Positions 10,026-18,629 of a stretch of DNA of 64,000 nt are shown piece by piece. The position numbers and the translations under genes were made by a program. The notes under the pieces are model-generated. The model was not told the origin of the DNA. It did not search any database and was given only the letters and a program-made list of their open reading frames with translations. The DNA comes from Dysgonamonadaceae bacterium. Its GTDB lineage: Bacteria > Bacteroidota > Bacteroidia > Bacteroidales > Azobacteroidaceae. Location: assembly GCA_031253625.1 (NCBI GenBank), contig JAIRVZ010000128.1, positions 31,307-95,306 on the forward strand, given 5' to 3'. Position 1 is the stretch's first letter, and each line of letters opens with the position of its first letter.

Positions 10026-11813
10026 TTAATCAAGCTTTAATACCGCTAAAAACGCTTTTTGCGGAACCTCAACATTCCCAACCTGTTTCATGCGTTTTTT
10101 ACCTTCTTTTTGTTTTTCCAGCAATTTGCGTTTGCGCGAAATATCGCCACCGTAACATTTGGCAGTTACGTCTTTGCGCACTGCTTTGATGGTCTCTCGT
10201 GCAATGATTTTAGCACCGATAGCTGCTTGAATGGCTACATCGAACTGTTGGCGTGGAATTAATTCTTTTAATTTTTCGCACATGCGACGTCCGAAATTAA
10301 CTGCGTTATCGGCGTGAGTTAATGTGGATAATGCATCGACAGGTTCGCTATTTAAAAGTATATCTAATTTAACCAATTTGGATGGACGATAATCGTGCAT
10401 ATGATAGTCGAATGAGGCATACCCTTTGGATATACTTTTCAGTTTGTCATAAAAGTCAATTACGATTTCGCCTAAAGGCAGGTCGTATATGATTTCGACA
10501 CGGTCGCCCGAAATGTAATTCTGCTTAACCAAAATACCTCGTTTGCCCAAGCAAAGCGTCATAATCGGACCAATGTATACTGTACTTGTAATAACAGATG
10601 CGCGAATGTATGGTTCGTCGATGTGTTCGATTAAAGTAAGATCGGGTAATCCGGCAGGATTATGTACTTCTGCGCAATTTCCTTTTTTATCATATACCTT
10701 ATAAGATACGTTCGGAACTGTAGTGATAACATCCATATCAAATTCGCGGTCCAAACGTTCTTGAACGATTTCCATGTGCAATAATCCTAAGAAACCGCAA
10801 CGGAATCCAAAACCTAAAGCGACAGACGATTCGGGTTGAAAAGTGAGTGACGCATCGTTCAATTGTAGCTTTTCTAAAGAAGTTCTGAGGTTTTCAAAGT
10901 CTTCGCTGTCAATTGGATATAATCCGGCAAACACCATTGGCTTGACTTCTTCAAAGCCTTCAATCGCTTTTCCGCATGGATTTTTCACATGGGTAATCGT
11001 GTCGCCTACCTTAACCTCTTTTGAAGTTTTGATTCCTGAAATGATATATCCTACGTCTCCACAAGAAACTTCTTCCCGTGGCATCATATCTAATTTTAAA
11101 ATGCCGACTTCGTCTGCGTCATATTCTTTTTCGGTAGCAACGAATTTTACTAAATCTCCCTTTTTGATAGAGCCGTTGAAGATTTTATAATAAGCAATAA
11201 TTCCTCTGAACGGATTAAAAACCGAGTCGAAAATCAGTGCTTGTAACGGTGCATTCACATCTCCTTTTGGAGCGGGAACCCGCTCTATGATTGCTTTCAG
11301 TATATCCATCACGCCCTCTCCGGTTTTGCCGCTGGCGCGAATAATGGTATCTCGAGATACTCCCAATAATTCGACTATTTGGTCTTCTACTTCCTCCGGC
11401 ATGGCACTTGGTAAGTCGATTTTATTCAGGATAGGAATAATATCCAAGTCATTTTCGATTGCCATGTATAAGTTGGAAATTGTTTGTGCTTGAATGCCTT
11501 GTGCAGCATCGACAATGAGCAATGCACCTTCGCAGGCAGCAATCGAGCGGGACACTTCGTATGAGAAATCCACATGTCCCGGAGTATCTATCAGGTTCAG
11601 TGTATACTTTTCTCCATTAAAAGTATACTCCATTTGTATAGCATGACTTTTGATAGTAATACCTCGTTCGCGCTCCAAATCCATATTGTCTAAGATTTGG
11701 GCCTGCAAATTTTTCCCATCGATGGTTTGAGTATATTCTAACAAGCGGTCGGCCAATGTGCTTTTTCCGTGGTCGATATGCGCTATAATACAAAAATTAC
11801 GGATATTATTCAT
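10026..11813 (-). CDS. lepA: Translation elongation factor 4 (LepA)
   Basis: 595-aa ORF with GTPase motifs [14 protein letters not shown] and NKID, and a conserved LepA C-terminus. Confidence 0.95.
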   Translation of the reverse strand: MNNIRNFCIIAHIDHGKSTLADRLLEYTQTIDGKNLQAQILDNMDLERERGITIKSHAIQMEYTFNGEKYTLNLIDTPGHVDFSYEVSRSIAACEGALLIVDAAQGIQAQTISNLYMAIENDLDIIPILNKIDLPSAMPEEVEDQIVELLGVSRDTIIRASGKTGEGVMDILKAIIERVPAPKGDVNAPLQALIFDSVFNPFRGIIAYYKIFNGSIKKGDLVKFVATEKEYDADEVGILKLDMMPREEVSCGDVGYIISGIKTSKEVKVGDTITHVKNPCGKAIEGFEEVKPMVFAGLYPIDSEDFENLRTSLEKLQLNDASLTFQPESSVALGFGFRCGFLGLLHMEIVQERLDREFDMDVITTVPNVSYKVYDKKGNCAEVHNPAGLPDLTLIEHIDEPYIRASVITSTVYIGPIMTLCLGKRGILVKQNYISGDRVEIIYDLPLGEIVIDFYDKLKSISKGYASFDYHMHDYRPSKLVKLDILLNSEPVDALSTLTHADNAVNFGRRMCEKLKELIPRQQFDVAIQAAIGAKIIARETIKAVRKDVTAKCYGGDISRKRKLLEKQKEGKKRMKQVGNVEVPQKAFLAVLKLD

Positions 11814-11844
11814 CTTAAAAATAAGTAATTTTTATTTTGGAGTG

Positions 11845-11852
11845 CAAAGATA
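11845..11852 (-). promoter_or_regulatory. -7 promoter box (TAtcTTTG on the minus strand) for lepA
   Basis: The reverse complement of CAAAGATA is TATCTTTG, about 32 nt upstream of the lepA ATG. Confidence 0.5.
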
Positions 11853-12376
11853 CATGAATTTATTGGCTAAACGGTTATTTTGGGTATAGTTTTTTGTAAA
11901 TATTGAAATGATATACCGACGGTATTTGAAAATGGTATACCGGTGGTATTTAAAAAGGTATATGCTATTGTATATAAAAATGTATATACTGTATGTGCTT
12001 TAAAAGTATATACCGAATTGTCTGAGAAAGTGTGCTCTTTTTGCAAAAAAATGAATATTTCAGAAAGTTTAAAGCGATTTTTTTTTGCGATTTTTGGTGT
12101 TTTTTTGATTTTTCACCCGTTTTTGATAGTTTTTTTCTGTGTTTTGCAATTTTTTAATTAATTTTAACGAAATATTGTTGGAAGTATATACTAAAGATGT
12201 ATACATTTGCAATGTGAAAGATAGAGAAACAGTATATGTATATAGTATTTATTAAAAGTGTTTATTGATAGTATTTATTAAAAGTATTTATTTTCGGTAT
12301 TCTAGTTGAGTATATACTATGTTTTTGTTTACTTTGTTTGTGAGGTTGAAATCTTGAAGAGTTTAGGAATGAATTT

Positions 12377-12616
12377 ATGAAGATTTTATCGTTGAAATTA
12401 GATGATAGTATTTTTTTTGAAACGGAAGAATTACTGAACTATGTAAAAATACCGAGAAATCGTTATATCAATGATGCAATACTTCATTACAATAAATATC
12501 ACAAGAAAAGTTTTCTTGCAAAAAAGATAGAAAATGAATCTAATTTAGTGAGAGAAGAGTCAGTAAGAATATTATCTGAATTTGAGAAACTTAATGAAGA
12601 ACGTAGACCAATTTGA
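12377..12616 (+). CDS. Putative antitoxin (ribbon-helix-helix-like) of a MazEF/PemIK-type module
   Basis: 79-aa ORF immediately upstream of and overlapping a PemK/MazF-like toxin gene. The N-terminal beta-strand/helix pattern is ILSLKLDDSIFFETEELL. Confidence 0.55.
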   Translation: MKILSLKLDDSIFFETEELLNYVKIPRNRYINDAILHYNKYHKKSFLAKKIENESNLVREESVRILSEFEKLNEERRPI

Positions 12617-12941
12617 TATTTGGATGTCGGATATATCTTACTCACAGGGAGAAGAAAGAGGTTCTTTGTATTTGTTGATATTACAGAATTCAATATTGAA
12701 TGAATTTCATCCTACGGTTATTGTTTGTCCGATGACGACAAATATTGTTTCAGGAAGTGAAATTTTGAGAGTATATGTTCCGGGAGAAAGCACGCAAATA
12801 GAAAAAGCTTGTGATGTGGTAATCGACCAGATAAGAGTAATTGGAACTGAGAGGTTAGTTAGAAAAAAAGGAAAATTACCGATGGAGTATGCTGAAAAAG
12901 TTAAAGAAAATATAAAAATTGTAATGGATATAGATATATGA
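12594..12941 (+). CDS. mazF: Type II toxin, PemK/MazF family endoribonuclease
   Basis: Shows the MazF-fold pattern: FDIWMSDI...RGSLYLLILQN...HPTVIVCPMTT...VVIDQIRVIGTERL. ATG at 12594 is preferred over TTG at 12582, and the gene overlaps the antitoxin 3' end. Confidence 0.8.
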   Translation: MKNVDQFDIWMSDISYSQGEERGSLYLLILQNSILNEFHPTVIVCPMTTNIVSGSEILRVYVPGESTQIEKACDVVIDQIRVIGTERLVRKKGKLPMEYAEKVKENIKIVMDIDI

Positions 12942-13069
12942 ATGCAACAGAATTATATGTTTATCAGTCGATTGGGGCAGGTTCCGTGACAATATTAATA
13001 GTTATTGCTGTTTTAATTATTGGCTATGGATTTTACAGGCGAATAAAATTAAGCTCAAAAGGATGGTAA
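12938..13069 (+). CDS. Small (43 aa) single-pass membrane peptide, start overlapping the mazF stop (ATGA)
   Basis: Hand-translated as MNATELYVYQSIGAGSVTILIVIAVLIIGYGFYRRIKLSSKGW. It has a hydrophobic core followed by a basic tail and is below the 60-aa cutoff of the ORF track. Confidence 0.4.
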   Translation: MNATELYVYQSIGAGSVTILIVIAVLIIGYGFYRRIKLSSKGW

Positions 13070-13306
13070 ATTATACAAAAAATATATATGATATAGATTA
13101 TAAGTAAGGATTGTTCAGGATATTACACGCACTTATTCAGGGTATTACACACACACTTACGCACATAAGATAAAAGAATTTTACTGCAAAGCGCAGAAAG
13201 GGTAAAGGATAAATTGAATACACACACGCTAGATTTATGCAATGCAGTTAGAAAGGGATGAAAGTTTTTATTAACTTTCGTCCCTAAAATTTTATAAAGA
13301 GAAAAA

Positions 13307-14086
13307 ATGGAGGTTAAAATGAAAATAAAAGAAATAATAAGTGAAATTGAAAAGCATGCTCCGCTCATGTTGCAAGAAAGTTATGATAATGCAGGCATAC
13401 AAGTTGGAGATGTTAATCAACAAGCAACCGGTGCGTTACTTTGCTTGGATGTTGTGGAAAGTATAATAGACGAAGCTTGCGAGCGGAATTGTAACCTGAT
13501 AATCTCTCATCATCCGTTGATTTTTAATCCATTGAAATCATTAACAGGAAAGAATTATATCGAAAGATGTATCATTAAAGCCATTCAAAAAGGAATTGTA
13601 ATTTACAGCGCTCATACGAATTTGGATAATGCTGTCGGAGGAATTAATTACAAGCTTGCGGAAAAAATAGGATTACAAAATGTTCAACATATTTCGGAGC
13701 AAATTGAGACGGGCGTTGTTGGCGAATTAACATCTTCTTTGAGTGAGCAATCTTTTTTGCATCATCTGAAAGATATTTTTCATACCGGTTCATTAAAATA
13801 TTCTCCTTTAAGAAATAAAGACGTGAAAAAAATTGCTGTTTGTGGAGGAAGCGGTTCTTTTCTGATTCCGGATGCCATTGCGTTGGGAGCTGATGTTTTT
13901 ATCACCGGAGAAGCCAAGTACAACGACTATTATAATGTCGAAAATAACATTTTACTTGTCGTAATCGGACATTATGAATCGGAAGTATGCACAAAAGAAA
14001 TCTTTTTTGAAATAATTACAAAAAAATTCCCTAACTTTGCCGTTCATTTTTCAAATGTGAATTCAAATCCCGTAAATTATTTATAA
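13307..14086 (+). CDS. Nif3-like dinuclear metal centre protein (YbgI / GTP cyclohydrolase 1 type 2 family)
   Basis: 259-aa ORF with NLIISHHPLIF, a SAHTNLD motif and a C-terminal GHYESE. The typical Nif3 / COG1579 zinc-ribbon gene pair follows. Confidence 0.8.
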   Translation: MEVKMKIKEIISEIEKHAPLMLQESYDNAGIQVGDVNQQATGALLCLDVVESIIDEACERNCNLIISHHPLIFNPLKSLTGKNYIERCIIKAIQKGIVIYSAHTNLDNAVGGINYKLAEKIGLQNVQHISEQIETGVVGELTSSLSEQSFLHHLKDIFHTGSLKYSPLRNKDVKKIAVCGGSGSFLIPDAIALGADVFITGEAKYNDYYNVENNILLVVIGHYESEVCTKEIFFEIITKKFPNFAVHFSNVNSNPVNYL

Positions 14087-14095
14087 TCAAGATAT

Positions 14096-14863
14096 ATGGC
14101 TAAAGAGAAAGAGAAAAAAGTAGTTGAGAAAGAATTGTCAGTTGAGGAAAAACTCAGTGCATTATATCAACTTCAAACTATTCTGTCGGAGATAGATAAA
14201 ATTAAAACGTTGCGAGGTGAACTTCCCTTGGAAGTGCAAGACCTTGAAGATGAAGTTGCCGGTTTGCAAACGCGCATACAAAATTTCCAAACGGAGATGA
14301 AAGATTTTGATGTGGCAATCGGACAGCAGAAAATCAAAATAAAAGATGCAAGCGATTTAATTGCTAAGTACAACGAACAGTTGGAAAATGTGCGTAACAA
14401 CCGCGAATTCGATAGTTTGACCAAAGAAGTGGAATTTCAAGGATTGGAAGTTGAATTGGCCGAAAAACGTATTCGCGAATTTACTGCCGAATCAAAACAA
14501 CTGAACGAAGAAATCCAAAAGTCTAAAACTAGATTGGACGAACGTAAAGCGGATTTGGTTTCCAAGAAAGGCGAATTGGATGAAATCATTTCGGAAACAA
14601 GAATCCAAGAAGACCAATTGAGAGAAAAAGCAAAAGAAATTGAAGCTACAATTGAACCTCGTTTGTTAATGGCTTTCAAACGGATTCGTAAAAGTGCTCA
14701 CAATGGTTTGGCTGTGGTTTATATTCAAAGAGATGCCTGTGGAGGTTGTTTCAATAAAATACCGCCACAAAGGCAATTAGACATCAAACTTCGTAAAAAA
14801 ATCATCGTTTGCGAACACTGCGGACGCATTATGATTGACCCGCAGCTTGCCGGAGTCGAATAA
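14096..14863 (+). CDS. Coiled-coil protein with C-terminal C4 zinc ribbon (COG1579 family)
   Basis: Long heptad-rich sequence ending in CGGCFNKIPPQ...CEHCGRI. This family is conserved as the downstream partner of Nif3. Confidence 0.75.
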   Translation: MAKEKEKKVVEKELSVEEKLSALYQLQTILSEIDKIKTLRGELPLEVQDLEDEVAGLQTRIQNFQTEMKDFDVAIGQQKIKIKDASDLIAKYNEQLENVRNNREFDSLTKEVEFQGLEVELAEKRIREFTAESKQLNEEIQKSKTRLDERKADLVSKKGELDEIISETRIQEDQLREKAKEIEATIEPRLLMAFKRIRKSAHNGLAVVYIQRDACGGCFNKIPPQRQLDIKLRKKIIVCEHCGRIMIDPQLAGVE

Positions 14864-16196
14864 AGAAGTGTTAGCGAAAGTACAAAGTTATATTGAAAAG
14901 CAGAATCTGCTAAGCCCCAATGCCCGATTAATTGTCGGATTAAGTGGCGGAGCAGATTCTGTTGCTTTATTATATGTACTTCAACAATTAGGATATGAAT
15001 GCGTTGCTGCTCATTGCAATTTTCATTTAAGAGGAGATGAGTCATTGCGCGACGAATTGTTTGCAAGAGATTATGCCGAATCTTTGGGTATTCCTTTCCG
15101 GAAAATTGATTTCGGCACAGAAATCTATGCTTTTAATAAAGGTATCTCTATCGAAATGGCCGCCAGAGAACTGCGCTATGAATGGTTTGAAAAATTGCGA
15201 ATAGAATTTGATTCTGAAGCTGTTGCTGTAGCCCATCATCAAAACGACAGCGTTGAAACTTTTTTGTTAAATCTCATCAGAGGTACCGGCATACACGGAT
15301 TGACCGGAATTAAACCGAAATCTCTTCATGTTGTCCGGCCTTTTTTATGTCTCACACGAGATGAAATTCTGTCTTATATCCGGTGGGAAAATCTCTCTTA
15401 CGTTACGGATAGCTCTAATTTACAGGATGATTATATCAGAAATAAAATCCGGTTGAATATTCTTCCGGAAATGCAAATGATTAATCCGGCTGTGGATGAG
15501 GCGATTTTGAGAACGATAAAGAATCTTCAACAAGCCGCAAACATATATGATTCGGATATAAAAACGGCAGAAAAACAAGTTTTTGATGCCGAAAAAAAAC
15601 AGATTTCCATACCGAAACTTCAATCTTATATCGAACCAGAAACACTTCTTTATGAAATATTAAGACCATTCGGATTTAATTCAACGGTAGTTAAAGAAAT
15701 AATGCAATCGTTGACCGGTCAGCCGGGAAAAGAGTTTTATTCTCCTGAATTTAAGCTAATAAAGGATAGAGATGTTTTGTTAATAACTCAAAAGCAGTAT
15801 ATCGAAGAACCGGATTACTACGAAATTGAAAAAAGGGTAGGAGAGAGCTCTATTAATCTCCCTTTTCAGTTGGAATCGAATTTTGTAGAAAAAACCTCTG
15901 AATTTGAAATCCTCAAAGATAAAAAGATAGCCTGTTTTGATGCCGGACAATTGAAATTTCCGCTAATACTCAGGCGTTGGCAGTTTGGTGATTGGTTTAT
16001 CCCTTTTGGCATGAACGGTTCCCGAAAATTGAGCGACTATTTTTCCGATCAAAAATTCAGTAAAATAGATAAGGAGCAAATTTGGTTACTGTGCAGTGGC
16101 GATGATATTATTTGGATTGTCGGTGAACGAACTGATAATCGTTATCGGGTAAAGAACGCTACGCAAGAGATTTGCATAATTAAAATCAAAGGTTAA
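14835..16196 (+). CDS. tilS: tRNA(Ile)-lysidine synthetase
   Basis: PP-loop motif GLSGGADS and a TilS-like C-terminal domain. The start is uncertain: TTG at 14835 overlaps the upstream gene, and an in-frame GTG at 14868 is an alternative. Confidence 0.85.
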   Translation: MTRSLPESNKEVLAKVQSYIEKQNLLSPNARLIVGLSGGADSVALLYVLQQLGYECVAAHCNFHLRGDESLRDELFARDYAESLGIPFRKIDFGTEIYAFNKGISIEMAARELRYEWFEKLRIEFDSEAVAVAHHQNDSVETFLLNLIRGTGIHGLTGIKPKSLHVVRPFLCLTRDEILSYIRWENLSYVTDSSNLQDDYIRNKIRLNILPEMQMINPAVDEAILRTIKNLQQAANIYDSDIKTAEKQVFDAEKKQISIPKLQSYIEPETLLYEILRPFGFNSTVVKEIMQSLTGQPGKEFYSPEFKLIKDRDVLLITQKQYIEEPDYYEIEKRVGESSINLPFQLESNFVEKTSEFEILKDKKIACFDAGQLKFPLILRRWQFGDWFIPFGMNGSRKLSDYFSDQKFSKIDKEQIWLLCSGDDIIWIVGERTDNRYRVKNATQEICIIKIKG

Positions 16197-16300
16197 AGTT
16201 CTCCGGTATGGAAATTCTCTTAATAATATAGCCTAAAAAAAAGTTTTTTACGAAAAATATTATACATTTGCACAGTTTTGATATTAAAATACATCTTTAT

Positions 16301-16885
16301 ATGAGTGCAAACAAAAAACTTGGAGCAAGAATTAAACAACTGCGAGAATCAAAATCAATCAGCTTGGAAGAAATGGCTGTGCGTTCCGGATTAGACATTG
16401 CTCAAATCCAAAAAGTGGAAGAAATGGATCATCTTCCTTCTTTATCTCCGTTAATCAAAATAGCCCGTGTTTTGGGTGTCAGATTAGGTACATTTTTGGA
16501 TGACAGTGACGAATTTGGCCCGGTTGTATCCCGAAGAGAACGCCATACTAAAACTGTCAGCTTTACTACAAGCGAAACGGAAACGGAAGAGCGCAAGCAC
16601 ATGGAATATTATGCCCTTTCTGCATCTAAAGCAGGCCGGCACATGGAGCCCTTTATCATCCAAATTGCACCTACTGAAGTGGGCGTAAATTTTGTAACTT
16701 CCACCCACGAAGGAGAAGAATTTATTTTTTGCCTCGAAGGCAGCGTCGAAATTACTTACGGTAACAGTATGTATCTGTTGGAAGAAGGCGATAGCATTTA
16801 CTACGATTCTATCGTAGCGCATCACGTCCATGCAGCCGATGAACAAGGTGCAAAAATTTTAGCCGTAGTTTACACTCCAATGTAA
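16301..16885 (+). CDS. XRE-family HTH plus cupin domain transcriptional regulator
   Basis: N-terminal HTH (LGARIKQLRESKSISLEEMAVRSGL) and a C-terminal cupin (HEGEEFIFCLEG...GDSIYYDS..H). A TAcaTTTG box at 16263-16270 supports the ATG at 16301. Confidence 0.75.
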   Translation: MSANKKLGARIKQLRESKSISLEEMAVRSGLDIAQIQKVEEMDHLPSLSPLIKIARVLGVRLGTFLDDSDEFGPVVSRRERHTKTVSFTTSETETEERKHMEYYALSASKAGRHMEPFIIQIAPTEVGVNFVTSTHEGEEFIFCLEGSVEITYGNSMYLLEEGDSIYYDSIVAHHVHAADEQGAKILAVVYTPM

Positions 16886-16954
16886 TTAAGAATTAAGAAT
16901 TAAGAGAGTAATGAATTTTCTTAATTCTTAATTCTTAATTCTTAATTCTTAATT
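16884..16954. repeat. Hairpin built from tandem heptamers: (AATTAAG)x3 opposite (CTTAATT)x5
   Basis: AATTAAGAATTAAGAATTAAGAG ... CTTAATTCTTAATTCTTAATTCTTAATTCTTAATT, located between the XRE-cupin stop and the acyl-CoA ligase start. Confidence 0.85.
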
Positions 16955-16962
16955 CATCTTTT

Positions 16963-18615
16963 ATGCAATTAACAGAAAAAACTGTCGGGCAATGGCTCGA
17001 ATATTGGGCGGAAACAACTCCCGACAAAGAATATGTTGTTTATTCCGACCGCGACTTGCGTTTCACTTGGAAACAATTCAATGAGCGAGTGGATAATATG
17101 GCCAAGGGCTTATTGGCTATCGGAGTAAAACCCGGTGACCACGTCGGTATTTGGGCAACTAATGTACCCGACTGGCTTACCTTCCTTTATGCCGGAGCCA
17201 AGATAGGCGCGGTTTTGGTAACGATTAATACCAGTTACAAACAGCATGAATTGGAATTCTTGGTAAATAATTCCGATATACATACACTTTGTATTACCGA
17301 AGGAGTTTTTGACGGAAGCTATGTCGATATGGTTTATGAAATGGCTCCCGAACTGAAAACATCTCAACGTGGATATTTAAAGAGTGACCGTTTCCCGAGA
17401 TTGAAAAATGTTGTTTTTATAGGACAACAAAAATTCAGGGGAATGTATAATACTCCTGAAATTTTATTGCTTGGTAAAAATGTATCGGACGAACTATTGA
17501 ACGATGCCAAAAAGAAAGTTACCTGTCACGATGTGGTTAATATGCAATATACTTCAGGAACAACAGGATTTCCGAAGGGAGTGATGCTTACTCATTATAA
17601 TGTCGTTAATAATGGATTCTTCACAGGAGAAGGAATGGGATTTACACAGGATGACAAACTTTGTTGTTGTGTGCCTCTGTTCCATTGTTTCGGGGTAACG
17701 TTGGCTACAATGGCATGTTTAACACATGGATCCACTCAGGTGATGGTCGAAAAATTCGACCCGTTGGTAGTGCTGGCATCGGTTCATAAAGAAAGATGTA
17801 CTGTTTTACATGGTGTTCCGACTATGTTTATTGCAGAATTGAACCACCCGATGTTTGATATGTTCGATGTAAGTTCTTTGCGTACTGGAATTATGGCCGG
17901 CGCTTTGTGTCCCATAGAGCTAATGCGTAGAGTTACGGATAAACTGCACGTTACCCATATTACCAGTGTATACGGACTCACAGAATGTTCTCCCGGTATG
18001 ACTCATTCCGTATTGGAAGATCCGTTTGAGGCGCGTTGTACGACTGTTGGAAAAGAATATCCTTTTACCGAAGTCAAAGTAGTAAATCCTGAAACAGGCG
18101 AAGAATGTCCTGTCGGTGTACAAGGCGAAATTTGCTGCCGTGGATATTTGGTAATGAAAGGATATTATAAAAATTCGCAAGCAACAACCGAGGCCATTGA
18201 TAAAGACGGCTTTTTACACTCCGGCGATTTGGGAATAAAAGATGAAAATGGCTATTACCGCATCACAGGCCGTATAAAAGACATGATTATACGCGGAGGA
18301 GAAAATATTTATCCTCGTGAAGTCGAAGAGTTTTTGTATCACTTGGAAGGCATCAAAGACATTCAGGTAGCCGGAATTCCTTCCGAAAAATATGGAGAAG
18401 AAGTGGGTGCTTACATTATTCTGAAAGATGGAGTAACGCTAACTCCCGAAGAAATAAAAGACTTTTGCCGCGGACAGATTGCTCGCCATAAAATCCCCAA
18501 GTACATCTTTTTTGTCAAAGAATTTCCGATGACAGGAAGTGGAAAAATTCAAAAATACAAACTGAAAGATATTGGTTTGAAAATGCTGAAAGAACAAGGA
18601 ATCGAAGTTATATAG
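16963..18615 (+). CDS. AMP-binding enzyme (acyl-CoA synthetase / fatty-acid-CoA ligase family)
   Basis: 550-aa ORF with the adenylation motifs [27 protein letters not shown] and GKIQK. Confidence 0.85.
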   Translation: MQLTEKTVGQWLEYWAETTPDKEYVVYSDRDLRFTWKQFNERVDNMAKGLLAIGVKPGDHVGIWATNVPDWLTFLYAGAKIGAVLVTINTSYKQHELEFLVNNSDIHTLCITEGVFDGSYVDMVYEMAPELKTSQRGYLKSDRFPRLKNVVFIGQQKFRGMYNTPEILLLGKNVSDELLNDAKKKVTCHDVVNMQYTSGTTGFPKGVMLTHYNVVNNGFFTGEGMGFTQDDKLCCCVPLFHCFGVTLATMACLTHGSTQVMVEKFDPLVVLASVHKERCTVLHGVPTMFIAELNHPMFDMFDVSSLRTGIMAGALCPIELMRRVTDKLHVTHITSVYGLTECSPGMTHSVLEDPFEARCTTVGKEYPFTEVKVVNPETGEECPVGVQGEICCRGYLVMKGYYKNSQATTEAIDKDGFLHSGDLGIKDENGYYRITGRIKDMIIRGGENIYPREVEEFLYHLEGIKDIQVAGIPSEKYGEEVGAYIILKDGVTLTPEEIKDFCRGQIARHKIPKYIFFVKEFPMTGSGKIQKYKLKDIGLKMLKEQGIEVI

Positions 18616-18629
18616 CAATTCATTACATT

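Noticed and set aside
11943-12161. 72-aa ORF (MVFKKVYAIVYKNVYTVCALKVYTE...) in the lepA-mazE gap
   Set aside because: Its repetitive K-V-Y peptide simply mirrors the GTATATAC / GGTATTT DNA repeats, and the rest is T-rich low complexity. It has a GTG start and no recognisable family, so it is more likely non-coding regulatory DNA.
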